Source of the DNA: Lingula anatina
Lineage: Eukaryota > Animalia > Brachiopoda
Direction: 5' to 3'
Assembly: GCA_051362555.1 (NCBI GenBank)
Contig: CM120649.1
Location: 9,424,001 to 9,488,000 of the forward strand
DNA: 64,000 nucleotides
In this document: in pieces, positions 1-12,800 of the stretch
Layout of the letters: each line of letters begins with the position of its first letter
How positions within the stretch are numbered: the stretch's first letter is position 1
Translations under genes and position numbers: made by a program
Notes under the pieces: model-generated
What the model saw: the letters and a program-made list of their open reading frames with translations, nothing else
The model's database searches: none
Told to the model about the DNA's origin: nothing

Positions 1-91
1 TTCTGTACTCTTTTGTATCGTGAGTCGTGAAATGATATATAGTTTAACATCCGGGTATGTTTCTTGTCTCTCATTGCCACCATTTTTAAAG

Positions 92-507
92 GCGATAGAA
101 ATAAATATGAGCGAGAAAATGGCGATTTTCAAGACTTACTTGGAGAAAGTAAAATCAAGATGGCGGCTCCTCGCTACGGTAGGGACCTGCGAAGGGATAC
201 TGTTATTGAAATGATTGAAAACCCGGACTTTGATGAGAAGTTTTCGTGTGACAGTGACATAGACAGTGACGATGATATTCCATTATTTATGATATAAAGG
301 ACGATAGAAATATATATGAGCGAGAAATCTGCGATTTTCTAGACTTAGCTGGAGAAAGTAAAATCAAAATGGTGACTTCTCACTACGGAAGGGGCCTGCG
401 AATGGATACTGTTATTGAAATGATTGAAAACTACGACACTGATAAGGTGTTTTCGAGCGACAGTGATATAGACAGTGGCGATGATATTTCTTTATTTATG
501 ATATAAG
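92..507. repeat. Diverged tandem duplication, ~209-bp period, probably inside a DNA-transposon remnant that may end at ~1025
   Basis: cgatagaaat...gagcgagaaa...gtaaaatcaa.atgg...tttatgatataa occurs at ~92 and ~301. The first copy has CAAGATGGCGGC. GGGG-TTAA at 1018-1025 resembles a TTAA-type terminus. Confidence 0.6.
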
Positions 508-1573
508 TTTTATAGATGTTTTTGTCATAGATGGTGTTGAAATTTGACTTCTATTCAGCTCTGGCCACGATGGTGAGCTGAAAAGCTGGCTCAAGTATAT
601 ACCTGATAGCTAAACGAGCATAACTTGGAAATTTATGGAGTTAACTTGCTGAAATTTCCTGGATTGAAAGTTACTATAATTGACATCATCTCTGTGAATT
701 TTCAGGCAAAAGTATGGAGAAATAAAAAATTAATGTGCATAAGATAAATCAACTTTGTTTTATTCCACCCACTACCAAATGAAAATGTAGTTTTTAACCG
801 ACCATAACTCTTGATACTGCGTGTTGAATTTAAATGTAATTCTATTTTCATTTAGCTTGAAATATTGGCTTTTTAAAAATGTATACTTTATATGGGTAAT
901 AAAGGCAAACAAATAAATGATGGCCAATTTACTGAGGTGACCCGGCTTTTCAAGGCTAGCTCACAGAATTAATTGGGCACAGCAGAATTTTATGGGTCAG
1001 CATTAACCGGATCCTATGGGGTTAAATTGGTAATTTTTGGTAACACCATGGTCTTTTAAAAAAAGACACTGCATAGGGTTCTCAACTTCTCTCTTAAAAA
1101 TGGGCGGTGAAAATGATTTCCAAATAATTTAACTTCACTCTCACTTACTTTAAAATTTTGACTTCTAGAGAACCCTGCATTTAATGGTGATGATCATTTT
1201 AAATAAATTATTAAAATTTAATAAATTATTTGAGACACTTTTCTGTTATGATTGAAACAACTATATGGCACTTTCCTCTTTTTGTTTGTCACTTCATGTA
1301 ATTTTAGTATGATTAGTATTTCTGTATTACTATTTAATATTTAGTAACTTATGCTGTTCATTTTGGGCTTTTGGTTAAATTGTTATCCACTATTCAACAG
1401 CATCTTTGCTGCTTCTTGCAAGTCTGCAAATGGTGATGGTCAGATCTTAATACTTAGATCTCAGAATATTTCACCTTTCCATATCTCACTATACAAGCCA
1501 AGACTGGGATTGAACATTCTGTATTACTCAAATTACATACTACTTGTTAAATAAAATAATCTTTTCTGACCAG

Positions 1574-1747
1574 GCCCAAAGTCAAGAGTGTGAAGATGGC
1601 TTGAAGGTGCTTAAGGCAGAGAGGGAGAAATTGGAAGAGGAGGAGACGCAAATAGAGAAGAACTGCATTGAAATCAGACATGAGATGGAGAAGTATGAGA
1701 CTGTTTTAAAGGAGAACAGAGATAAGATAAGGCACTGGGAGAAAGCT
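1574..1747 (+). CDS. SMC4: SMC4 (condensin) internal exon, C-terminal coiled coil
   Basis: Acceptor ...tctgaccAG at 1572-1573, donor GTGAGT at 1748. Encodes AQSQECEDGLKVLKAERE...RDKIRHWEKA (coiled coil), phase 0, joins in frame to the exon at 6048. Confidence 0.85.
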
Positions 1748-1907
1748 GTGAGTTGGAATTTGCTGCTAGAAATCTTCCATTATTGCCCTTAGTTCTCCTC
1801 TGTTGCTATAGTACAAAATTAATAAATAACATCCCTGCTACAAAATATAAAATAACTAAATATACAAAATGTATAAGCTATCAAGCACAGACCTGATCTT
1901 TCATTAA

Positions 1908-2260
1908 TTAGTACCACCAGCGTGTATGCTGGCGGAACTCATGGTTTTAGCGCCGGCCCTTAGTTACTATTGAAGTTGACTAGGAGGTCATATACTGGCA
2001 GTCTTCCTGTGACCTTGAAATAGATCTTTGATCTATGTTTCACCAAGAAACTCAACTGATAAATTTCAGGGCTCTTATATTTACTTTTGAACTGGGATGG
2101 GAAGTCCTTTATTCTCAATCGCACTGCAACCTTGGATTTGACCTTTTATGTTTTCCCATGATTTTGTTGTAAATTGTTATTTTCTACAAACGAAAAATTG
2201 AGACTTATTGTTTACTGCATTTTGTAGAGCTTGTCAAGCACAACACTGGAGGTGGTGTCT
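1908..2260 (+). mobile_element. Second dispersed repeat family with a 5' hairpin (HINE/MITE-like), degenerate
   Basis: ttagtaccaccagcgtgtatgctggcggaactcatggttttag. Related heads at ~4442, ~10001 and inverted at ~40033-40085. TGACCTT-rich body. Confidence 0.5.
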
Positions 2261-2313
2261 CCCTCTAGTTTACATGCTGCGTTCATATATTTATCTAAGA
2301 GCACATTTTATTT

Positions 2314-2496
2314 TTTTATGTACAGACATAGATGTGTCTGGGATTGCTGTTACTGCATTCACCATTGTTGCTGTGCACTTTAAGTGATAAAACTTTAAGT
2401 GGGAAACAGTTTTACTCTTTGTCTTCAAACTTATGGAACTGATGAACATTGATAAAGTACAGGTTGAGTTCATAAATCAGCATGATTGGGCCATTT
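2314..2496 (+). mobile_element. Older HINE copy, 5' part; interrupted by the copy at 2497 and resumes after ~4197
   Basis: ttttatgtacagacatagatgtgtctg head plus a degenerate 161-bp monomer that continues as aaagttatgcgtttt at ~4200. Confidence 0.7.
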
Positions 2497-3719
2497 TTAT
2501 GTACAGACACAGATGTGTCTGTACATATAGCCATCATCTGCGTCTGTCGTCGCCGTTGTCGCCGTCGCCGTGCACTTTTACCGATAACACGATAAGTGGA
2601 AAACTATTTTACCTTTTGACTTGAAACTTGCAGAACTGATGAATATTCATAATACGCAGGTCAAGTTCGAAAATCAGCATGATCGGGTCACTTTTACGGA
2701 ATTTATGCTGTTTTTTCACTTTTTTCAGCATATATGCAGCACCAATAACACGATAAGTGGAAAACCATTTTACCTTTTGACTTGAAACTTACAGAACTGA
2801 TGAATATTCATAATACGCAGGTCAAGTTCGAAAATCAGCATGATCGGGTCACTTTTAGGTAATTTATGCTGTTTTTTCACTATTTTCAATATAAATGCAA
2901 CACTGATAACACAATATAAGAAAAACGGATTGGCCAATTGTAATTATACTCACAGGAGTGGTCAATCTTACTAGTAGGTTGAGTTCGAAAATAAGCATAT
3001 GGCTATTACTTAAGAAGTTATACTGTTTTTTCACATTTCCTCAGATTCAATTATTAGGCATGTTAGCAGTCTCATTATTTAACTAATAAGATGCCTAAAA
3101 GTGTTTGTTTGATATTTCCTGCATCTTTACAACATTGTTAGTTGATTATGTAAAAAACATGGTAAACTTGTTATCATGTATTGTGTAATAAAGTGTCAAA
3201 AATGGAAATAAACTCATATCATTGCAGTTTGTCAGATTCAATCATCCACTATGTTCAGAATCTCAGAATGGAGGAAATTGGACATTTAACACTGTTCTAT
3301 TGATACTTTTCCCATCTCATCAATTTTCTTAGTTGGACATATAAAAATGGCAGTAAAATGTTGTTTTTTTTTTATGTTAAAAAAGTGTTAAAAATGGAAA
3401 TAAACCCATTTCAGAACAGTGCTGTCTTGTTTACATTTTGGCATTATCAAGGCGTGACTTTGAAGTTCCATGGACCTGAAGACCTTTGCTAGTCACATTT
3501 TCTGAATATCTGTGATACAAATATTTTATAATTAAAAATTGATGGTCATTAAGCTGTTAAACATTATGTAATATTGCATCAAAATTTGAAGAAACCCCCA
3601 TTTTGGGCACTGCTTCCATGATGACCATTTAAGGAAAATCATGTCACTTACTGTTTTCAAACTTACAGGATAGAAACATGGGACTAAAATACAGCTTCAG
3701 TAGGCAATGCAGTCTGTTT

Positions 3720-3761
<42 letters not shown>

Positions 3762-4195
3762 GCAGTTAAACAGTTTTTTGTGAAAATTTAATTTTTCACA
3801 TATTGGCATTTACAAGGTGTGACTTTAAAGTTCCATGATCTTGAAGACTTTTGCTTGTCACATTTTCTGAATGTCCATGTTACTAATATTTTATTAATAA
3901 CATTTGATTGTCATTATGCTGTTAAACATTATGTAATGTTGCATCAAAATTTGAAGAAACCCCTATTTTGGGCACTGCTCCTATGATGACCATTTAAGGG
4001 AAATCATGTCACTTACTGTTCTCAAACTTACAGGAAAGAAACATGGGTCTAACATACAGCTTCAATAGGCAACGCAGTCTGTTTGGTAAATTTTTCTGGC
4101 AATTTAACAGTTTTTTGTGAAAATTTAATTTTTCACTTATTTGCATCTTTATTTTCTGTTCTTTGTCTGTACATTTGACAGCTTTGCTGCCTTGT
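2497..4195 (+). mobile_element. Non-autonomous Helentron-like element (HINE) with 161-bp internal tandem repeats
   Basis: 5' hairpin TATGTACAGACACA-GA-TGTGTCTGTACATA, (GTC/GCC)n microsatellite, 161-bp monomers (2586, 2747), 3' subterminal inverted repeat TGTCTGTACAT, small hairpin CAGC-TTT-GCTG, ends CCTTGTT, inserted in a T run. Confidence 0.85.
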
Positions 4196-4870
4196 TTCAA
4201 AAGTTATGCGTTTTTTTTTTGTTTTTTTTTTTTCTGCCTTTTTTAGCATATATATGCAATACTGATGACAAGTTTCAAGGAAAGCTGATGGGCCTATTGT
4301 TTTGACACTCACAGGACTGATCATTTATGCTGAAATACAGATTGATTTCTAAAATCACTTTGAACAGACCATATTTCCAAAAGTCTTTTTTCAGCATATT
4401 TTGTCTACTCTTTTAAAGATAACATGAAAACCATGTCATATTTGTACCATCAGCTTAGGCACTGGAGGTACACATAGTAGTCCCGACCTGTCTCATCCGC
4501 CAGCTCCACTGCCATGTCACCATTACCGTACTGCGTACCTATCTCTTGGATTTTTGTCACATATAATCTCAAGTCATTCCATGTAAATTTTGGGCTTTGT
4601 CGGTGTACAGATCTAGGTGTGGCGCTTGTTGAAATGCACCCTTGTCCAAAATTTGCAAAATGCTGAATATCTCCTGAACCAAAGGAATTATGGAAAAAAT
4701 TCTACAGACAGCTGACCGAAAGTCATGTGGAGATTTCAAAAATGCCCTAGGATTTGACCTTTGTCCATTATTTCAAAATTTTCTATGAGTGGAAATCTTT
4801 TTCAAAAGAATTTTTATTTGTGACGATTTTCAGAAAATACACAAACCTGAGCTATAATAATACAATAATA

Positions 4871-4921
4871 ATGACAATCTATGTACCAGTACAGAAATAA
4901 ATTGAATTGAATTGAATTGAA
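4871..4921 (+). mobile_element. Extremely 5'-truncated 3' end of the RTEX-like LINE family
   Basis: atgacaatctatgtaccagtacagaAATAAA(ttgaa)n matches the reverse complement of 34095-34144. Confidence 0.8.
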
Positions 4922-6047
4922 AAATATTATGGGCAGATGTTACACTCAGGCTCATTTTCAACTTCTTGAGTTTGGGTGCATTTTCAAGGGAGAAGCAGCC
5001 ACTAGATTAATTTTTCACATATTGGTATTGTTAGGGTGTGACTTTGAACTTCCATGGGCTTAAAAACCTTTGCTAGTCACATTTTCTGAGTATTGTTGAT
5101 ATTTATAATTCATTATTAAAAATTGATGGTCATTATGCTGTTAAACATTATGTACTATTGCATCAAAAGTGAGGAAAACCTTAATTTTGACACTGTTGCC
5201 AATTATTAATGACAATTAAAGGAAAACCATGTTACCAATGATTCTTGAACTTACTGAAAAGATCCATAGGACTGAAATGCAGCTAGAGTTGAAAAACCAG
5301 TCTGATTACATTTTTTATACTGGCAGCAATGCAATTCTTATGGAATTTTTATTTTTCACGTATTGGCATTTACAATGTGGGACTAAGAACTTCTACAAGC
5401 ATGAAGCCAAGTGGTAATCAAGTTTTCTAAATGCCCATGTTGTGTGTAGTAAATAATTGGTGGCAATTATGCTGTTAATCATTAGTAATATTACATCGAA
5501 CTTGCCACTGCCATGTTATGAAAAGAAAACTGTATTCGAACTATTTTGTAATTTACAAGATCTATTATTAGGATTGACATACAGCTCAAATTGGAAAACC
5601 AGCTTCATTGTGTTGTCCTTTTTTCTTGAGCCTATGCCATTTGAACTCTTATGGGCCTGAGGCCTTGTGCTATTTACATATTCATCTGTCCATATAACCT
5701 GCTATGCATAATTAAATTTTGGTGTTGACTGCTGTTAAGCATAATGTATTGTTGCATCAAAATTAACAGTAGCCTATTTTGTGCATCATTATTTTCTGCT
5801 TTTTGTCTGTACAGTTTTACTGCTTTGTTTCCCATTTGAAAACATGAAAAAAATCATTGTTGCTTTTGAGATTGATTGATATTTGGCCATTTAAGGCTAT
5901 CTCTAGTAGTGATACTTTACTGTTTTGTGGGTGTTTTTGTATTTGTCAGTTGTATTTTCCAATCTAGTGCCACATCTCCCTTGGCCTCGTGTATTTATTC
6001 ATAAAAGAAAATGTGATCTGTAATGTCCATATCAATTTTATCTTCAG

Positions 6048-6233
6048 AAATCTAAGCTGGCCTTGCATAAGTTTGATGATGGAACAGAGACAGAGGGCAG
6101 TCTGGAGGTGATTCCAGCTGAAGAACTGGCCAAAATGTCCAAAGAAACCGTAGCTTATGAATTGACCATACTGGAGGAAAAGATTGTGCAAGTTAAGCCC
6201 AATCTAGCTGCTATTGCAGAGTACAAAAAAAAG
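6048..6233 (+). CDS. SMC4: SMC4 internal exon
   Basis: tcttcAG acceptor, GTAAAG donor. KSKLALHKFDD...KPNLAAIAEYKKK matches SMC4 'KPNLGAIAEYKKK'. Confidence 0.93.
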
Positions 6234-6717
6234 GTAAAGGTTGGAGCTGAAATAGGTATTGAAATGCTACGTTTTTGCTGCATGCCTTAAAGAGTTTTGT
6301 ATGTTTTCAGCTGTTTCACAATCAGGGTGAACAATTAAATGTGGTAAATGTTACAAGTGTCTGATAAATTAACAATTTATGATTGGAGATTGCTGATAGA
6401 CTAATATCAAAGACACTGTTCATAGGAGCAAAATAAAAAAAGAATTATAATAATCGGATTACAATTTACAAAAATATAGCCAATTATGTGTTCAAAAAGT
6501 ACCCATTTTTAGCTGTTACGGTGGGTCATTTGCAATTAAGGTCATAAAGATGATGCACTAGCTCTTTATGACAGTGATTTATGGTGAATATGATATTGGT
6601 ATATAATTCCCACAACATCTGTCTTCTCTTCTAGCAGGTTCATCCAAAGATATGTTCTGAGAAAAAGAAATATTTTAACCATTTTGCAGAAACGGGCTTT
6701 GATACACATTTCACTTA

Positions 6718-8155
6718 TTCTATACAGACACAGATGTGTCTGTACATATTGCCATCACCTGCGTCTGTCCTCGCCGTCGTCGTCGGCGCCGTGCACTTTC
6801 CTTGTAAACACGATAAGTGGAAGGCAGTTTTACTGATAGGCCAATTGTCATTTAACTCACAGGAGTGGTCAATCCAGCTAAAACGCAGGTTGAGTTCAAA
6901 AATCAGCATAATCGGGCCATTATTTTAGAAGTTATGCTGTTTTTTCACATTTCCTCAGATTCAATTCTTGCATGTTAACAGGGCATGTTAACAGTCTCAT
7001 TATTTAATTAATAAGATACGTTAAAGTGTTTGTTTGACATTTCCTGCATCTTTACAACATTGTTAGTTGATTTTGTAAAAATGATGGTAAACTTGTTATC
7101 GTGTATTGTGTAATAAAGTTTAAAAAATGGAAATAAACTCATATCATTGCAGTTTGTCAGATTCAATCATTCACTATGTTCAGAATCTCAGAATGGAAGA
7201 AATTGGACAATTAACACTGCTTTATTGATATTTTTCCCATCTCATCAATTTTCTTAGTTGATCATATAAAAATGGCAATAAACTGTTAATTTTGTTTTAT
7301 GTTAAAAATTGTTAAAAATGGGGAAAAAAAACATTTCAGAACAGTGCTGTCTTGTTTACATTTTTGCATTTTCAAGGTGTGACTTTGAAGTTCCATGGGC
7401 CTGAAGACCCATGGTAGTCACATTTTCTGAAAATCCATGATACGTATATTTTATTATTAAAAATTGACAGTCATTATGCTGTTAAACATTATGTAATATT
7501 GCGTCAAAATTTGAAAAAAACCTATTTTGGGCACTGCTCCCATGATGACCATTTAAGAAAAACCATGTCACTTACTGTTCTCAAACAGTACAGTAAATAT
7601 GTACAGATGTACCTTGCACTTTTATTGTAAACACGATAAGTGGAAGGCAGTTTTACTTTTGGGCTTTATATTTAAAGAGCTGATGAATATTCATAAAACC
7701 CAGGTCAAGTTCAAAAAACAGGATGATCGGGCCATTATTGTAGAAGTTATGCTTTTTTCTTTCACTTTTCAACATATATGCAACACTGTAAACACATTTC
7801 AAGGAAAACCGATAGGCCTGTTGTCGTGAAACTCTCAGGAGTAATCGATCTTACTAAAACGGAGGTCAAGTTCGAAAATCGGCATGCAGCCTGAGTTGGA
7901 AAAGCAGTCTAATTGGCTTCTTTTTCTGGAAGTTATACATTTTCAAAGTGTGAACTTGAACTCTCATGGGCCTGAAGCCTTATGCTTGTTACACATTTTA
8001 CTTTCATTGGTATTTCCTGTTGAGCATAATTAAAAATTGATGTTGAATTTACAGTTTAACATAATGTACTTTTGCATCAGAATTGACAGTAGCCTATTTT
8101 GTGCATAGTTATTTCCTGCTTTTTGTCCGTACATTTGACAGCTTTGCTGCCTTGT
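6718..8155 (+). mobile_element. HINE copy
   Basis: Same head (tatacagacacagatgtgtctgtacata) and tail (tgtccgtacatttgacagctttgctgccttgtt). Confidence 0.8.
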
Positions 8156-9516
8156 TTTTTATGACAGGCTGATATCTTACAAAAGTTATTTGTTAGGAAA
8201 TATCGATGGCCAAAAATTTTCCAGAAAGTAATATAAGGTCAGGTTCTAATGTACTGCACTTCACTGTGTCTCAGTGTGCTTTACTCAGACATGCTGAAAC
8301 TTTTCAGAAGGGTCGTACATTCGGACCGGAAGTGATGAAGATTTTGATGTACCCAATGGACTTTTGCCAGACCAAAAATTTTCATTAAAATTGGTGGCAT
8401 TTCGTTCGCATGGTAGTACATAGAAGTAACTCTTGTACATAATATATATTCAGTATTAAATACTATCAATAATTTAGACATGTTGTATGTAAAAAACAAA
8501 AACTAACACTTATGAAGCACTACTTTATTGTGGTTCTCATTTCACAAGTTACAGTGTTCATAGAGAAGTGCTTGAATTTGTTTCTTCCTATGAAAGTCCT
8601 TAAATTCCACACTTTGTCTGTTAATTCAAACTCAATTTTGAATTTATTTGTTTAAAAATAAAATGGAAAAAAAAAAAACCAATTTCCACTGTTTAACAAT
8701 AGCAATATTTGGTGTTTATCATTCATGCAAGTTTGCAAATAACTAAATCAGTTTCTCCTTTTCCCTGAGTTTATGAGCGAAAATCATTTGCAAATTTGGT
8801 GCTTCACAAATAATACATATCTGTGATTGTAGTCCAAGTGGGAATGTTAATGCATGAAACTGCTAGCCACTTCACTGTATCAGTCTCTTCTGCATGGAAA
8901 CGAATGGCTTCCTGGATGGGACTTGGTGATATCATTATCAAAAATAAAAATAATGATGATATCAAAACTGCAACTGGTAACGACAACTCTTTGTGTATTC
9001 AATGCCTAAAAGCAGATTGGATATTTAAATTTTAACACCTTTATATACCACTGATTACGTTCGAAGAGTGACCGAAAATTTAAATTATCATTATGTAAAA
9101 CGGCGATATGCGGTATGCTGAATATAAACAGAAGGGCCCATAAAACTAATAGACATTAGACAACTTTAAAATCAATTTTACTGAGTGATCAGGTGACCTA
9201 ATTTCCATGCCAACAACGTTATTTAAAAAAATAATAATAATAGAATGTGTGCTTACCTTTTAAGGTCAAGTCTCACTTTCCTGGTCTTCTATACCAGCAA
9301 CTGTTTTTGAGAAAGGAGTCGGGTGTCAAAGTTTAGTGGTAAACATTTACCTTGCCATGTTAACATGTCCTTGCAGCATGGACTGCTCTCATGACAGCTG
9401 TCTGTGTGTCACAATCAATAAACCAATGACAGAGTGCGTAATAGCGGCTGGTCATGACCAATCGGAACAACAGTTTCAGCAATGTCTGATTACTATGCCA
9501 AAAGTAAAAAAAGGAT

Positions 9517-9590
9517 ATATTATATTATATTATATTATATTATATTATATTATATTATATTATATTATATTATATTATATTATATTATAT
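9517..9590. repeat. (TATAT)n microsatellite
   Basis: Perfect pentanucleotide array ~60 nt upstream of the SMC4 acceptor. Confidence 0.95.
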
Positions 9591-9650
9591 TGTTATGTTT
9601 ACTGATTAAAGAAATTTTACATAATAAAGTGTTGAATGATTTATTTTTAG

Positions 9651-9883
9651 GAAGAACTTTATCTTCAAAGAGTTGCAGAGTTGGACCAAATAACAGACCT
9701 GCGTGACCAGCAGCGCCAGCAGTACGAGGAGCTCCGTAAGCAGAGGCTTGACGAGTTCATGTCTGGGTTCAGCATCATTACCAGCAAGCTGAAGGAAATG
9801 TACCAGATGATTACGCTGGGAGGAGATGCTGAACTGGAGCTGGTTGACTCTCTGGATCCTTTCTCCGAGGGCATTGTATTTAG
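9651..9883 (+). CDS. SMC4: SMC4 internal exon, start of C-terminal ATPase head
   Basis: atttttAG acceptor, GTAGGC donor (phase 2). EELYLQRVAELD...LRKQRLDEFMSGF...YQMITLGGDAELELVDSLDPFSEGIVF is characteristic of SMC4. Confidence 0.97.
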
Positions 9884-12800
9884 GTAGGCAGGCAGTAAAC
9901 AGAGTTATTGCTTCACCAATGCAATGCACTCCCACATGTACATACTCACCTTTTCACACCAAAAAACATTTGCATTGATTGATGTAAGCCTTAATGTGAT
10001 TGTACCACCTGTGTAGGCGCTGGCAATACACATGGTTTTTAGTTCTGACCCCTCTTGTCCACTGGCTTTGCTGCCACATCATCGTTACCACTTCATAGTT
10101 ACTATAGAAGTCTGACTAAAAGTGATATGTGTAGATTTCAAATATGCCCTTGGATATGATCTTTGAACTTTATTTCAAGGTCAAACAAGCCAACATTTTG
10201 TAAAAATGGGAATTTAATGCACATAAAAATGTTTATGCTGATTTTTGGAAAATGCAGAGATATGCCAATAGTTAATGTTGAACTTGGATAGGAGTCTTAT
10301 ATTGGCAATATTGCTGTGACCTTGAATTTGGCCTTTGACCTGTATTTTGGCATGGACTTATTTTTGGAAATTTTTCAACTCTCATATCTCTAAATCTGGC
10401 AGAGATATGCCAATTAATAGTTACTATTGAATTTGAATAGGAAGTTGTATATGGGCATTCATAATATGGCCTTGAATTTGATCTCTGACCCACTTTTCCC
10501 CACGATTTTTTATGTACAGACACAGATGTGTCTGTACATATAGCCATCATCTGCGTCTGTCGTCGCCGTCGTCGCCGTCCTTGCCGTCGTGCACTTTTAC
10601 CGATAACACGATAAGTGGAAAACTGTTTTTTATTTCAGCTTGAAACTTACAGAATTGATGAATATTCATAATACACAGGTCAAGTTCGAAAATCAGCATG
10701 ATCGGGTGACTTGTAGGGAAGTTATGCCATTTTTTCACTTTTTTCAGCATATATGCAGCACCGATAACACGATAAGTGGAAAACCATTTTACTTTTTGGC
10801 CTGAAACTTACAAAACTGATGAATATTCATAATCCGCAGGTCAAGTTCGAAAATCAGCATGATCGGGCCATTTTTAGGGGAGTTATGCTATTTTTTCACT
10901 TTTTTCAACATATATGCAGCACTGATAACACAATATAAGAAAAACAGATAGGCCAATTGTCATTATACTTACAGGAGTGGTCAATCTTACTAAAATGCAG
11001 GTTGAGTTCCAAAATCAGCATAATCAGGCCATTATTTTAGAAGTTATGCTGTTTTTTCACATTTCCTCAGATTCAATTGTTAGGCATGTTAACAGTGTCA
11101 TTATTGAACTAATAAGATATGTAAAAGTGTTTGTTTGACATTTCCTGCATCTTTATGACATTGTTAGTTGATTATGTAAAAATGATGGTAAACTTGATAT
11201 CGTGTATTGTGTAATAAAGTGTCAAAAATGGAAATAAACTCATATCATTGCAGTTTGTCAGATTCATTCATCTACTATCTTCAGAATCTCAGAATGGAGG
11301 AAATTGGACATTTAACACTGTTCTATTGATATTTTTCCCATCTCATCAATTTTCTTAGTTGGTCATATACAAATGGTAGTAAACTGTTTATTTTGTTTTA
11401 TGTTAAAAAGGGTTTTAAAAATGGAAGAAAACCCATTGCAGAACAGTGCTGTCATGTTTCAGCATATATGCAGCACCGATAACACGATAAGTGGAAAACC
11501 ATTTTACCTTTTGCCTTGAAACTTACAGAACTGCTGAATATTCATAATAGGCAGGTCTAGTTCGAAAATCAGCATGATGGGGTCATTTTTAGGGAAGTTA
11601 TGCTGTTTTTCACTTTTTTCAGCATATATGCAACACTGATAACATAAGTGAAAAATCATTTTACCTTTTGGCTTGAAACTTGCAGAACTAATGAATATTC
11701 ATATTACGCAGGTCAAGTTCGAAAAGCAGCATGATCAGGTCATTTTCAGGGTAGTTATGCTGTTTTTTCACTTTTTTCAGCATATATGCAGCACCGATAA
11801 CACGATAAGTGGAAAACCATTTTACCTTTTAGTTTCAAACTTACAGAACTGATGAATATTCATAATACGCAGGTCAAGTTTGAAAATCAGCATGATCGGG
11901 TCATTTTTAGGGAAGTTATGTTGTTTTTCACTTTTTTCAGCATATATGCAACACTGATAACATGATAAGTGGAAAACCATTTTACCTTTTGGCTTGAAAC
12001 TTGCAGAACAAATGTGTATTTATAATACGCAGGTCAAGTTTGAAAATCAGCATGTTCGGGTCATTTTTAGGGAAGTAATGCTGTTTTTTCACTTTTTTCA
12101 GCATGTATGCAACACCTATAACACATTTGTGCTATATGATGGTACTGTAGGAATGGGTGATCACTAATTAAATTAAGGTCTATAAAGTCACTTGCCTACT
12201 GATTAATTTTCAATTGGCCATTAAATGAGATTACATAAAACACTCCTTGAGATTTCCCTGTAAAGTCCCATAGGTTTAGCTCTCTTAACTGTGTCACAAA
12301 ATTAGGATTTGGTGATAATTGTGCAGATAAATGGTGTTTAACATTGCAAATAAATTTACAACAAAAAAAAAAAGTGATATGCCAACATGCTATAGATGAA
12401 TAACAGTGCTTTATTTTTCTCAAACTTGGTGGGGTTATTAATATCAAGTTAATACAGCTAGATTGAAAGTTTGAATAGCAGCTTTATTGGAAATTTTACG
12501 TTTTATTTAAATTTTTTTTAAAATAATTTTTCAAACACTAGCATCCTCTAGATGTGATTTTTAACTCCCATCCACCAGAGGTGCCGTGCATTTTCTGTAT
12601 TTTTGTATATAATTGTTATTTCTTCAGATTTAATTCTTGGGCATGTCAACAGTCTCATTATGTAACTAATAAGATATGTAAAAGTGTTGTTTTGACATTT
12701 TCTGCTTCTTAACAATATTGTTAGTTGATTATATAAAAATGACGGTAAACCTGTTATTGTGCTTTGTGTAATAAAGTTTCATAAATGGAAAGGAACTCAT

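Noticed and set aside
64-297. Acidic 77-aa ORF as a piggyBac transposase N-terminus
   Set aside because: No catalytic domain follows; it lies within a short duplicated repeat.
2580-2920. Regular repeats resembling a CRISPR array
   Set aside because: Contiguous 161-bp monomers with no unique spacers, eukaryotic context, no cas genes.
9336-9706. ORFs with YYIIL repeats
   Set aside because: Translation of the (TATAT)n microsatellite.
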